A stretch of DNA of 63,371 bases, counting the filler. It is 4 parts of 4 records of this genome, joined end to end, with 100 filler letters (N's around TTAATTAATTAA, not from the genome) between each part and the next. Parts side by side here need not be neighbours in the genome. Positions count along the whole stretch, not along the records: positions 1 to 15,341 come from SRR22947725_570; 3 more parts are not named here. The stretch is one strand, 5' to 3'. The position numbers and the translations under genes were made by a program. The notes under the pieces were generated by a model. It did no database searches and had not been told where the DNA came from. It was given only the letters and a program-made list of their open reading frames with translations. Numbering within the stretch: the first letter of the stretch is position 1; every line of letters begins with the position of its first letter. Shown here in pieces: positions 1 through 9,039 of the stretch.

Positions 1-775
1 TTTGGTTTTTAAAAAGGTTGCCATTAAAAAGCCTTGGTATACTTCTAATGACATCAAGTTTAGTAAAGCCCTCAGCAAGAGTTACATCCAATAGTCCATC
101 ATTGTCTTTGGGGTTCTTTGCAAGCTTCATTCCGCCTCCAGTGTATTTGCAAACTCCCACCCCAAGCATAAATGCGGACACTGTTTTTTTGTTTGAGTTA
201 ATGTCAAGTTGCAATTTGATGTTTTTAAACGAAATAAAATTTGTAATCGCAGCAATAAGATATGATAATGCGCCGAGGAATTTGAATTTTTCAATTTTTG
301 AAATTACATACCCATCAAATCCAACCCCTGCATAATTTATAAAATAAATAGTTTTATCTGTGTCGCCCATCACTTTCATTTTGCCAACATCTTGCTGCGT
401 AATGTTATTTTTGCCGATTGTGTCTATGGCCTTTTTATAGTTTGTTGGTATATTGTGATGCCTAGCCCAGTCATTTCCTGTTCCAACAGGAATTAAACCA
501 ACAACAACCTCTTCAGGTTTAACATCCGTTTGATTCAAAATTCCGTTTATCAAATTATGAATTGTTCCGTCCCCTCCAACACAAACAACACGCCTGTAGC
601 CTTCACGTATCGCCTTTTTTGCCAAAGACTCTGCGTTTATACTCGGCGATGTTTTATTCAAATCCCCCCAAAGATTTTTCAACTTAAGGTATTGAATAAT
701 TTGGCTCAGTTTTTTTTTTGAAACACCCCCACCTGAAGATGGATTTACGATAATAAACCAACCTTTGCTATCCAT
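1..775 (-). CDS. Diacylglycerol kinase family lipid kinase (YegS/BmrU-like); 3' end runs off the window
   Basis: Not in the ORF track; read manually from ATG at 775: MDSKGWFIIVNPSSGGG...VCVGGDGTIHNLING...LIPVGTGNDWAR (NPxSG, GGDGT and PxGTGND motifs). Confidence 0.9.
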   Translation of the reverse strand, partial: MDSKGWFIIVNPSSGGGVSKKKLSQIIQYLKLKNLWGDLNKTSPSINAESLAKKAIREGYRRVVCVGGDGTIHNLINGILNQTDVKPEEVVVGLIPVGTGNDWARHHNIPTNYKKAIDTIGKNNITQQDVGKMKVMGDTDKTIYFINYAGVGFDGYVISKIEKFKFLGALSYLIAAITNFISFKNIKLQLDINSNKKTVSAFMLGVGVCKYTGGGMKLAKNPKDNDGLLDVTLAEGFTKLDVIRSIPRLFNGNLFKNQ

Positions 776-1928
776 CAATAACACTTGCTTTTTGATGAAT
801 TAATCTTGTAAGTTTTAATGACAGGTCAGTAACAATTATTTTAGCGTTTCCATTTCTATTTAGCTCATAGATTGCTTTGTTTATTTCTTCATAAAGCTCT
901 ATTATATTGTTGTCGTGAATATATGGCACAAACTTTTCAAAGTTAAAACTTTTATCTTTAAACAAGTCTCCATAACTACCTGATTTATAGTTTTTTAACA
1001 GGGTCTTTCTAAAAACATCTAGAGAGAAGAGGAAAAACTGTTTTTGAACATCTTTAGGTAGTTTGCTGACTTTTTCGCTCCAATTCACTAACTCAGCCAC
1101 TGCACTTTTACTTGTCTTAACCTTAAAGGCCAGCCTAACCCACCTTATAAAAACAGATTCGAAGTTTACAACACCTGAATCTGAGCTTAACAATTTCAAA
1201 GCCGAACAATAGCTACCCCCACTCATGTTTGCCGTGTTGTAAGCGTTTTTGTTGTCCGCAAGACCTTTTTTTATAAGAGACTCAGCAATTTCTTTTGTGT
1301 CAATTGGAGGAATATTTATTTCTTGACATCTTGATTTTATTGTTGGAAGTATAGCAGATTTGTTTTCAGTCAAAAGCAGAAAAACAGTTTCACGACTTGG
1401 CTCTTCAATTAACTTTAGTAGTTTGTTTGCACATTCTGTATTCATGTTTTCGGCCATCCATATAACCATTACCCTGTAGCCACCTTCATAGGATTTAAGT
1501 GACATTGTTTTGTTAATTTCTTCAGCTTCATTAACACTGATATTTCCTTTTTTATTTGTTATCTCAATTTTTTCTAGCCACTGTGAAAGTGTTATGTAAG
1601 GGTTTTCTATTATAGCATCTCGCCACTCTTTCACAAAATGCTTAGAGGTTGCCTTGGACTTTACCTTTGAGCTTGTATTTACAGGAAACACAAAGTGTAA
1701 ATCAGGGTGAGTTAAGCTATTGATTTTTTGTTGAGCGCCAATCATTTCCAGCTCATTCTCTTTGTATTTCGAGCAGAGAATTAGTTCTGCAAACTTTATA
1801 GCAACAGAAAGTTTCCCAGCGCCGGAAGGCCCAAACAACAGATACGAGTGTGCTAGCTTACCTGAGCTTGTTTTTTTTTCTAATTCTTTGATTAATCTTT
1901 TTTGACCAACTAAATTAATTTGTGACAT
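768..1928 (-). CDS. holB: DNA polymerase III subunit delta'
   Basis: LAHSYLLFGPSGAGK, HPDLHFVFPV (Bacteroidota type), ANKLLKLIEEP, ILPTIKSRCQ. Start placed at MSQINLVGQ (1928) rather than 1967. Confidence 0.88.
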   Translation of the reverse strand: MSQINLVGQKRLIKELEKKTSSGKLAHSYLLFGPSGAGKLSVAIKFAELILCSKYKENELEMIGAQQKINSLTHPDLHFVFPVNTSSKVKSKATSKHFVKEWRDAIIENPYITLSQWLEKIEITNKKGNISVNEAEEINKTMSLKSYEGGYRVMVIWMAENMNTECANKLLKLIEEPSRETVFLLLTENKSAILPTIKSRCQEINIPPIDTKEIAESLIKKGLADNKNAYNTANMSGGSYCSALKLLSSDSGVVNFESVFIRWVRLAFKVKTSKSAVAELVNWSEKVSKLPKDVQKQFFLFSLDVFRKTLLKNYKSGSYGDLFKDKSFNFEKFVPYIHDNNIIELYEEINKAIYELNRNGNAKIIVTDLSLKLTRLIHQKASVIDG

Positions 1929-1932
1929 AAGA

Positions 1933-1940
1933 CAAAGATA
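1933..1940 (-). promoter_or_regulatory. Bacteroidota sigma-A -7 element (TATCTTTG) for holB
   Basis: Exact TAnnTTTG match 4 nt upstream of the holB ATG, in a divergent intergenic region. Confidence 0.55.
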
Positions 1941-1975
1941 ATAGAAATGAGCCCTATTAAATAGCATGAATAAAT

Positions 1976-1983
1976 TATATTTG
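1976..1983 (+). promoter_or_regulatory. Bacteroidota -7 element (TATATTTG) for pgk
   Basis: Exact TAnnTTTG followed by C, 17 nt upstream of the pgk ATG. Confidence 0.6.
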
Positions 1984-2000
1984 CTTTCTAAATTAATATA

Positions 2001-3182
2001 ATGAAGACTGTTTTAGACTTTAATTTCCTTAACAAAAAAGCTCTAATTAGAGTTGACTTTAACGTCCCTTTAGATGCCAATCAAAACGTATTAGACAACA
2101 CAAGAATTCTCTCTGCCAAACCCACAATTTTAAAAATTATAAATGACGGCGGCTCATGTGTTTTAATGTCACACCTTGGAAGACCAAAGGGCTGGGACCT
2201 AAAATATTCTTTAAAGCACATATTTAGAGAAGTCGAAAACACCTTAGGAAGAAAAGTTACATTTATTCCAGACTGCACAGGAGAAGACATATTAAAAGAT
2301 ATCAGATCTTTAAAGCCAGGAGAAATTGTGTTAATGGAAAATCTTAGATTCTATGATGAAGAAACTAGTGGTTGTGAAAAGTTTGCAAAACATCTTTCTC
2401 TGTGTGGAGACATATATGTTAATGACGCTTTCGGCGCAGCGCACAGAAAACACGCATCTACGTCAGTCATTGCAGATTTTTTCCCAAACAAAAAATGTTC
2501 AGGGCTTTTACTCAACAAAGAAATAACAGCTATAGAAAAGGTCTTAAACACAGGAGAAAGACCAATTGTTGCCATTTTAGGTGGAGCAAAAGTGTCGTCC
2601 AAGATTACAATTATTAATAACATTTTCAAAAAAGTTGACGCGATTATTTTAGGCGGTGGAATGGCGTACACTTTTATAAAAGCTCAAGGTGGTGAAATTG
2701 GAGACTCTATTTGTGAAGACGATAAAACAGATCTGGCACTTGAATTAATAGAAAGGGCAAAAGAAAATAACGTAGACCTTTATCTACCTACTGATGTTGT
2801 TGCCGCGGACAGCTTTAGCAATGAGGCAAACAAAAAAGAGCTACAAATATTTAATATTTTTAAAGGCTGGCAAGGCTTAGATATTGGTCCGGCATCAATA
2901 AAAGCTTTTTCAAAAGTAATTATTAACGCTAAAACAATTTTGTGGAATGGTCCAATGGGCGTTTTTGAAATGCCTAATTTTTCTAACGGAACAAAAGCTA
3001 TTGGAGAGGCAATTAAAATCTCTACACAAAATGGCGCATATTCTCTAGTTGGAGGAGGAGATTCTGTATCTGCAGTTAAAGAATTTGGCCTCGACAAAGA
3101 TGTTAGTTATGTAAGCACTGGAGGAGGAGCTATGCTTGAAAGTTTAGAAGGAAAAACACTCCCTGGAATCGCTGCTCTTTAA
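2001..3182 (+). CDS. pgk: Phosphoglycerate kinase
   Basis: RVDFNVP, SHLGRP, ENLRF, NDAFGAAHR, GGAKVSSK, WNGPMGVFE, STGGGA. Confidence 0.98.
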   Translation: MKTVLDFNFLNKKALIRVDFNVPLDANQNVLDNTRILSAKPTILKIINDGGSCVLMSHLGRPKGWDLKYSLKHIFREVENTLGRKVTFIPDCTGEDILKDIRSLKPGEIVLMENLRFYDEETSGCEKFAKHLSLCGDIYVNDAFGAAHRKHASTSVIADFFPNKKCSGLLLNKEITAIEKVLNTGERPIVAILGGAKVSSKITIINNIFKKVDAIILGGGMAYTFIKAQGGEIGDSICEDDKTDLALELIERAKENNVDLYLPTDVVAADSFSNEANKKELQIFNIFKGWQGLDIGPASIKAFSKVIINAKTILWNGPMGVFEMPNFSNGTKAIGEAIKISTQNGAYSLVGGGDSVSAVKEFGLDKDVSYVSTGGGAMLESLEGKTLPGIAAL

Positions 3183-3197
3183 CAAAACAAAACTTTA

Positions 3198-4352
3198 ATG
3201 TTAACGAAAATAGTCTTAATTTTTTTATTTAACTACGCAAATATTGAGTCGCCACCGACCTCTTTTAGCCCCTCAAGTATAAAAACAAATTTGGTTAAAA
3301 TAGACAAGGACTCTATAAGATCACGCATTGAACAGATTAATTCTCAAACACCTTTTCAAATTGATTACACCCCTTTATTAGAAGAGGCCATTATAAATTA
3401 TTTAAAAAACAGACAAGCAACATATTTAGAGCTTTACAGCAAGGCAGATTATTTTTTTCCAATTTTTGAAAACGCGCTGCAAAAGTATAATGTGCCACTA
3501 GAGCTTAAATACCTTCCAGTAATAGAATCTGCTTTAAACCCACGAGCTAAATCAAGAGTTGGGGCTACAGGACTTTGGCAGATTATGTTTAATACAGCGA
3601 AAGATTTAGACCTTAAAGTTAATAGCTATGTTGATGAAAGAATGGACCCTTTTAAATCCTCTGATGCTGCGGCTAAATACTTGTCGGAACTATTTGAACG
3701 ATTTAATGATTGGAACCTAGCTATCGCCGCATATAATTATGGGCCAGGCAATATCAGAAGAGCTATAAAAGCTTCTGGTTATTCAAACTTTTGGAATTTA
3801 AGGGGTTATTTGCCCAAAGAAACAGCTAATTACGTTCCTTCTTTTATAGCAACATTGTATTTGTTTGAATATGCACACAAACATGAAATAAAAAAGAAGA
3901 AAAACGAAACGATTCCAGCTCTTACAGACTCAATACCAATAAAAAAAATGGTGTCTTTTACTCACATTTCCGAGAAAATAGACATCTCTATAGATACATT
4001 GAATTTTTTAAACCCCTCTTACATTCATAGTATTATTCCAAGCGTAAAAAATAAGCAATATTATTTAACACTACCAGAGACATATACAGACATCTTCACA
4101 GAAAAAGAAGTCGAAATATATAACACGGCCGACTTAGATTATAACTCTAGAGAAAAACCATTGCCACAGTTGTACGAATTAAACTCTAGAATTGTGTATC
4201 GAGTTGTTAACGGAGATTTTTTAGGAAAAATTGCCAGAAATTATGGAGTAAGAGTTAGTGATTTAAAAAAATGGAACAAACTAAAAGACGATAAATTAAG
4301 AATCGGAATGAGGTTAATCATCTTTCCAAAAAAGTTTCCAAAAAAACAATAA
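3198..4352 (+). CDS. mltD: Lytic murein transglycosylase (SLT domain + C-terminal LysM), MltD-like
   Basis: IESALNP (catalytic Glu), GATGLWQIM, AAYNYGPG, LPKETANYV; LysM YRVVNGDFLGKIARNYGVRVSDLKKWN. Confidence 0.85.
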   Translation: MLTKIVLIFLFNYANIESPPTSFSPSSIKTNLVKIDKDSIRSRIEQINSQTPFQIDYTPLLEEAIINYLKNRQATYLELYSKADYFFPIFENALQKYNVPLELKYLPVIESALNPRAKSRVGATGLWQIMFNTAKDLDLKVNSYVDERMDPFKSSDAAAKYLSELFERFNDWNLAIAAYNYGPGNIRRAIKASGYSNFWNLRGYLPKETANYVPSFIATLYLFEYAHKHEIKKKKNETIPALTDSIPIKKMVSFTHISEKIDISIDTLNFLNPSYIHSIIPSVKNKQYYLTLPETYTDIFTEKEVEIYNTADLDYNSREKPLPQLYELNSRIVYRVVNGDFLGKIARNYGVRVSDLKKWNKLKDDKLRIGMRLIIFPKKFPKKQ

Positions 4353-4361
4353 CTTAGATGT

Positions 4362-5312
4362 ATGAAAAAGCTTTTCATAATTTTCATAATTTTATTTTCC
4401 TGTGAAGAAAACTCTGAAAGCATACTTTCAGCCTCTTCAGGAAATTTAAATGAAATATCAACTGTATTAAGTGATGAATTATGGGATGGAGCTGTCGGTA
4501 AGACTCTTAAAGAGAGTTTTTCAAAACCAATTTATGGCCTACCCCAAAGAGAGCCCCTTTTTAAACTCAGACACATTCCTTCTCACGTGTTCTCTGGCTT
4601 TGTTACAAAAAACAGAACAATTATTAAAGTTAAAAAAGCTCCGAAGATAGAGACAGTAATTAGTTATAATAAATACGCAAAGCCACAACTTGTTGTGGAG
4701 TTTACTGGGCCAACCCTTAAAGAAATAATAAAACAAATATCTAAAGACAGAGACTCAATAATAGGTTTAATAACTCAAAATGAGATTAAGGAAAAACAAA
4801 GAAGAATAAAAAAATCTCTTTCAAAAGACTTAGAAATTAAAAACAACTTTAATGTAAGTTTAAAATACCCTTCTGTATATAGAGTCGCAAAAACGACAAA
4901 GGATTTTATTTGGCTTAGAAAAGATATAAAATCAGGAACCCTTAATCTTATGATTTATAAAGTCTCAATGAAAGACAACCACACAACAGAATCGTATGTA
5001 AAAATTAGGGATTCTATTTCAAAGTTACACATTCCAGGCCCAGTTGAGAACACAAACATGAGTGTAGACAACGGATATTTGATTAGCTCATTAAAAGGAG
5101 TTTTATCAAATGGAATAAATTATCAGGAGTTTCGTGGAATGTGGGAGGTTAAAAACCAATTTATGGCAGGTCCGTTCATCGGCTACAAATTTGATGATAT
5201 AAAAAACAATAGGCAGATTCATGTAGACGGTTTTGTTTATGCACCGTCTGTAAATAAAAGAAGCTATATTTTTGAACTGGAGTCAATTATAAAAAGCATT
5301 ATAATTGATTAA
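4362..5312 (+). CDS. DUF4837-like lipoprotein
   Basis: Lipobox-like LFSC, GLPQREPLF, RGMWEV..FMAGPF, GFVYAPS..KR; usual flavobacterial position after mltD. Confidence 0.7.
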   Translation: MKKLFIIFIILFSCEENSESILSASSGNLNEISTVLSDELWDGAVGKTLKESFSKPIYGLPQREPLFKLRHIPSHVFSGFVTKNRTIIKVKKAPKIETVISYNKYAKPQLVVEFTGPTLKEIIKQISKDRDSIIGLITQNEIKEKQRRIKKSLSKDLEIKNNFNVSLKYPSVYRVAKTTKDFIWLRKDIKSGTLNLMIYKVSMKDNHTTESYVKIRDSISKLHIPGPVENTNMSVDNGYLISSLKGVLSNGINYQEFRGMWEVKNQFMAGPFIGYKFDDIKNNRQIHVDGFVYAPSVNKRSYIFELESIIKSIIID

Positions 5313-5317
5313 AAAAA

Positions 5318-5503
5318 CTATTTTGTTTTTTCTTCTTCAGAATCATCTTCTTTGCTAGCTTTTTTAAATTCTTTTATTCCTCCACCAATCCCTTTCATTA
5401 ATTCGGGAATTTTTTTTCCTCCGAAAAGAAAAACTATAGCTAATGCAATTATCGCAATGGAACCCCATCCTGGAATTGCAAGTGGTAAAAAGTAACTAAT
5501 CAT
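5318..5503 (-). CDS. tatA: Twin-arginine translocase TatA/E
   Basis: TM helix + FGGKKIPELMKGIGGGIKEFKKA. Confidence 0.95.
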   Translation of the reverse strand: MISYFLPLAIPGWGSIAIIALAIVFLFGGKKIPELMKGIGGGIKEFKKASKEDDSEEEKTK

Positions 5504-5515
5504 TATTTTTTTTTA

Positions 5516-5523
5516 CAAAGTTA
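5516..5523 (-). promoter_or_regulatory. Bacteroidota -7 element (TAACTTTG) for tatA
   Basis: Exact TAnnTTTG 12 nt upstream of the tatA ATG. Confidence 0.55.
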
Positions 5524-5572
5524 ATAAATCTGACTAATTATTGTACATTTTACACATCTAAGATTATTTAAT

Positions 5573-5580
5573 TAATTTTG
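5573..5580 (+). promoter_or_regulatory. Bacteroidota -7 element (TAATTTTG) for the M23 gene
   Basis: Exact TAnnTTTG 5 nt upstream of ATG 5586. Confidence 0.45.
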
Positions 5581-5585
5581 TAATT

Positions 5586-6449
5586 ATGAAAATCAAACAA
5601 GGAGACAAAAAAAGCTTTATATCAAAACTTCTAACTAAGTATAGACTGGTTCTTCTAAATGACAGTACTTATGAGGAAAAAACCTCATTTAAAATAAGCA
5701 CGTTAAACGTGTTCTCCGCTCTGTTTGCCTTAATGTTTATTATTGTTTTGATAACATCAGGGATTCTTTTTTTTACTCCAATTAGAGAATATATTCCGGG
5801 GTATTCATCGACAAGCTTACAAAAACAAGCAAACCTACTTAGTTATAAAACAGACTCTTTAAGGCAAATAGTTTTTTTGAATGATCAGTACATAAACTCT
5901 TTGAAAAAAGTTTTAACTGGTGATTTAGAAACAATTGAATATAAGCCAGATTCAGTTGTGTATAAAGATGCTATGGATATTCAAATAATAGAAAAATCTA
6001 AAGAAGATTCAATCTTACGTCAATTAGTTGATAACGAAGACAAGTATAATTTAGCGAACATTAACAAGGATAAAGACTTTTATCTTTTAACCTCTCCCAT
6101 AAGCGGCGCTGTTTCCCAAAACTATTCGATTGCGGATGACCACTTAGCAATTGACATAAGTGTCGATATTGGAACCCCAGTAAAGGCAATTTCAAACGGA
6201 CGAGTGATTCTTTCAGAGTGGACAACTCAAACAGGCTATGTATTAATAATTGATCACGGAAACGATTTAATTTCCGCATATAAACACAATTCAAAGCTTT
6301 TAAAGTCTCAGGGAGAAATAGTTAAGCAAGGGGAAATTATAGCACTGTCTGGAAATAGTGGTGTCTTAACAAGCGGACCGCACCTTCACTTTGAGCTTTG
6401 GAGCGAAGGGTTTTCAATTGACCCAAATACACTTATTAATTTTGAATAA
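5586..6449 (+). CDS. M23 family metallopeptidase, membrane-anchored
   Basis: N-terminal TM helix, HLAID (HxxxD), YKHN, SGPHLHFELW (HxH). Confidence 0.92.
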   Translation: MKIKQGDKKSFISKLLTKYRLVLLNDSTYEEKTSFKISTLNVFSALFALMFIIVLITSGILFFTPIREYIPGYSSTSLQKQANLLSYKTDSLRQIVFLNDQYINSLKKVLTGDLETIEYKPDSVVYKDAMDIQIIEKSKEDSILRQLVDNEDKYNLANINKDKDFYLLTSPISGAVSQNYSIADDHLAIDISVDIGTPVKAISNGRVILSEWTTQTGYVLIIDHGNDLISAYKHNSKLLKSQGEIVKQGEIIALSGNSGVLTSGPHLHFELWSEGFSIDPNTLINFE

Positions 6450-7953
6450 ACTAGGAAGTTTTTTAAAGCAAGGAATTGCTAAAATAATTGCCCGTACAAC
6501 AAAAAGAGCAATAGATAGATGGTCTTTAAATCCTGTTGAAACTCAAGACAGAGTTTTTAAAAGTCTTTTAAAATCTGCACAAAACACCAAGTTTGGTCAG
6601 GATCATAACTTTAGCGCCGTAAATTCTCATAAAGACTTTGTAAAGAACATCCCAATTAGAGGTTACGAAGAGTTTAGCTCATATATAGAACTAATAAAAA
6701 AAGGAGAAAAGAATATTTTATGGAAAGGCCTTCCAGTTTATTTTGCGATTACATCTGGAACAACATCTGGCATAAAATATATTCCAATAACAAAAGAAAG
6801 TCTTCCTGAGCATTTTAATGCATCTAAAAATGCAATGCTCCTATATATTGATGAAACCGGAAAGACTGATTTTCTATCTGGAAAATTAATTTTTTTACAA
6901 GGAAGCCCTATTCTTGATACAAATGGAGTGATCAAAACAGGAAGGCTATCCGGAATATCTGCACATCACGTCCCTAAATACCTACAGTCAAACAGACTTC
7001 CTTCTTGGGAAACAAACTGTATTGAAGACTGGGAAACAAAAGTTGACAAAATAATTGAAGAAACGATTAATGAAGACATGAGAATTATTGGAGGAATCCC
7101 GTCTTGGGTTCAAATGTACTTTGAAAAAATTCAAAAGCAAGAGGAAAAAAAAATTGGGGAGGTTTTTAAAAATTTTAATTTATTTATTTACGGAGGAGTT
7201 AATTATGAGCCCTATAAAAAAAAGTTTATTGATTTAATCGGAAGAAAAGTTGACAGTATTGAATTTTACCCTGCTAGCGAAGGGTTTTTTGCTTTTCAAA
7301 ACAATCAAAGTAAGAAAGATTTGCTATTACTTCTCAATTCAGGGATTTTCTATGAATTTATTTCTGTCGAGGATTTTAACCAAAACATATTAAAAAGAAT
7401 AACAGTTAAGGATGTTAAATTAAACACTAATTATGTTTTAATTATTTCTACCAACGCAGGACTTTGGGCCTATAACACAGGAGATACAATAATGTTTACA
7501 GAACTCAAGCCCCACAAAATTTTAGTTACTGGCAGGGTTAAGCATTTTATTTCTGCTTTTGGAGAGCATGTTATTGTTAAAGATGTAGAAAACGCTATTA
7601 ATAAGACATGCCTTAAACAGAACATTTTAATAACAGAGTTTACAGTAGCCCCTGAAGTCAACCCAACTAACGAACTTCCTTATCACGAATGGTTTATAGA
7701 GTTTTCATCAGACAACGTTGATCTCAAAACGTTTTCATCAACACTGGATCACGCAATGCAAGAAGAAAACAAGTACTATTTAGATCTTGTTCAAGGGAAA
7801 ATACTACAGCCGCTTAAGATAAGAGTAATTAATAAAAGAGGATTCAACAATTATATGAGCTCTCAAAATAAGTTAGGAGGACAGTTTAAAATTCCAAAAT
7901 TATCAAATGATCGAAAAATTGCAGACGAACTTTTAAGCTACATTAAAATATAA
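6442..7953 (+). CDS. GH3 auxin-responsive promoter family (acyl-adenylate-forming) protein
   Basis: TSGTTSG, YPASEGFF, GLWAYNTGD, GQFKIPKL. Start placed at TTG 6442 (8-nt overlap with M23) rather than 6391. Confidence 0.88.
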   Translation: MNKLGSFLKQGIAKIIARTTKRAIDRWSLNPVETQDRVFKSLLKSAQNTKFGQDHNFSAVNSHKDFVKNIPIRGYEEFSSYIELIKKGEKNILWKGLPVYFAITSGTTSGIKYIPITKESLPEHFNASKNAMLLYIDETGKTDFLSGKLIFLQGSPILDTNGVIKTGRLSGISAHHVPKYLQSNRLPSWETNCIEDWETKVDKIIEETINEDMRIIGGIPSWVQMYFEKIQKQEEKKIGEVFKNFNLFIYGGVNYEPYKKKFIDLIGRKVDSIEFYPASEGFFAFQNNQSKKDLLLLLNSGIFYEFISVEDFNQNILKRITVKDVKLNTNYVLIISTNAGLWAYNTGDTIMFTELKPHKILVTGRVKHFISAFGEHVIVKDVENAINKTCLKQNILITEFTVAPEVNPTNELPYHEWFIEFSSDNVDLKTFSSTLDHAMQEENKYYLDLVQGKILQPLKIRVINKRGFNNYMSSQNKLGGQFKIPKLSNDRKIADELLSYIKI

Positions 7954-8048
7954 GTCTTAGTATTATAAAATAAACGAACGTATTATGCGTTAATTCTTTA
8001 CATCATCTAATAATTATAAAAACCAATAGGTTAATAAAAAAATAAGCC

Positions 8049-9026
8049 ATGAGCACCAGCGAAAAACAAGGAGAAATAGACATAATTGTATTATTTAATA
8101 AAATTCAAGCCACATTTATTCAAATAATTGTTTTCTTTTTTAGGTGGATTAAATACTTCATCAAACAGTGGAAAGCTTTTTCATTTTTAATATTTTTTGG
8201 AGCTATTTTAGGCTTTTTTAGCGAAAGTCAAAACAATTCGGACAAAGAAGCATCAGTGCTTATAAAGGTTAACTTTGACGCGGTTAATTACGTCTACGAC
8301 GCAGTTTCATTAATAAATCAAAAAATTGAGGCTAATGATATTAATTTTTTTAATGAAATAGGATTTACTTCTGAAGAATTAAATGTTTTTGAACTAACAA
8401 TTTCTCCAATTGTTAATTTACAAGAAATCATAAATGATGAAACTTTTAAGGCAAATGAAATAAAAACATTATTTGAGAATTTAACTTTTGAGGACAACCT
8501 TTCAATGACAAATAGTTTTATTTCAAATTATAAATATCACACATTGACATGCTCCTTCAGCCCAACAGCAGATAGTCAAACCATAGACTTAATTATCGAT
8601 TATTTAAACACAAACCCTTTGTTTACAGAACTTAAGTTAAGAAAAATGAATAGCTTTTCAGATAGAATAGAAAGTAATGAAAAAGCGATTAACCAAATTG
8701 ATGCCATTATTCTCAAATACACTAATGACATTTCTAATTCTTCTACCGCAGACACTCAGCTTTATGTTGACAACAAGGACATAAGGCCAAATGATCTAAT
8801 AAAAACAAAAATTGAATTATCAAAAGAGATTGAGTTATTGAAAGAAGAAAAGATATATTCAAATAATACGGTTGTTGTTGTTAATAATTCAAACTTAATG
8901 ATTGAAACCAATTCAATTAAGAATAATAAAATAATTTACTACCCACTTCTTCTTTGCTTTATTTTTATAATAATTCAGATTTTAAAGAAGACATATTCTT
9001 GGCTAGACAAGTTAGAAAGTAAGTAA
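8049..9026 (+). CDS. Polysaccharide co-polymerase / chain-length determinant-like (Wzz-like)
   Basis: N-terminal GEIDII motif, two terminal TM helices around a coiled-coil-rich soluble region; first gene of the glycan cluster. Confidence 0.6.
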   Translation: MSTSEKQGEIDIIVLFNKIQATFIQIIVFFFRWIKYFIKQWKAFSFLIFFGAILGFFSESQNNSDKEASVLIKVNFDAVNYVYDAVSLINQKIEANDINFFNEIGFTSEELNVFELTISPIVNLQEIINDETFKANEIKTLFENLTFEDNLSMTNSFISNYKYHTLTCSFSPTADSQTIDLIIDYLNTNPLFTELKLRKMNSFSDRIESNEKAINQIDAIILKYTNDISNSSTADTQLYVDNKDIRPNDLIKTKIELSKEIELLKEEKIYSNNTVVVVNNSNLMIETNSIKNNKIIYYPLLLCFIFIIIQILKKTYSWLDKLESK

Positions 9027-9039
9027 CCACAGAAGCTTA

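Noticed and set aside
18-721. Plus-strand ORFs 18-335 and 530-721
   Set aside because: Antisense shadows of the minus-strand lipid kinase.
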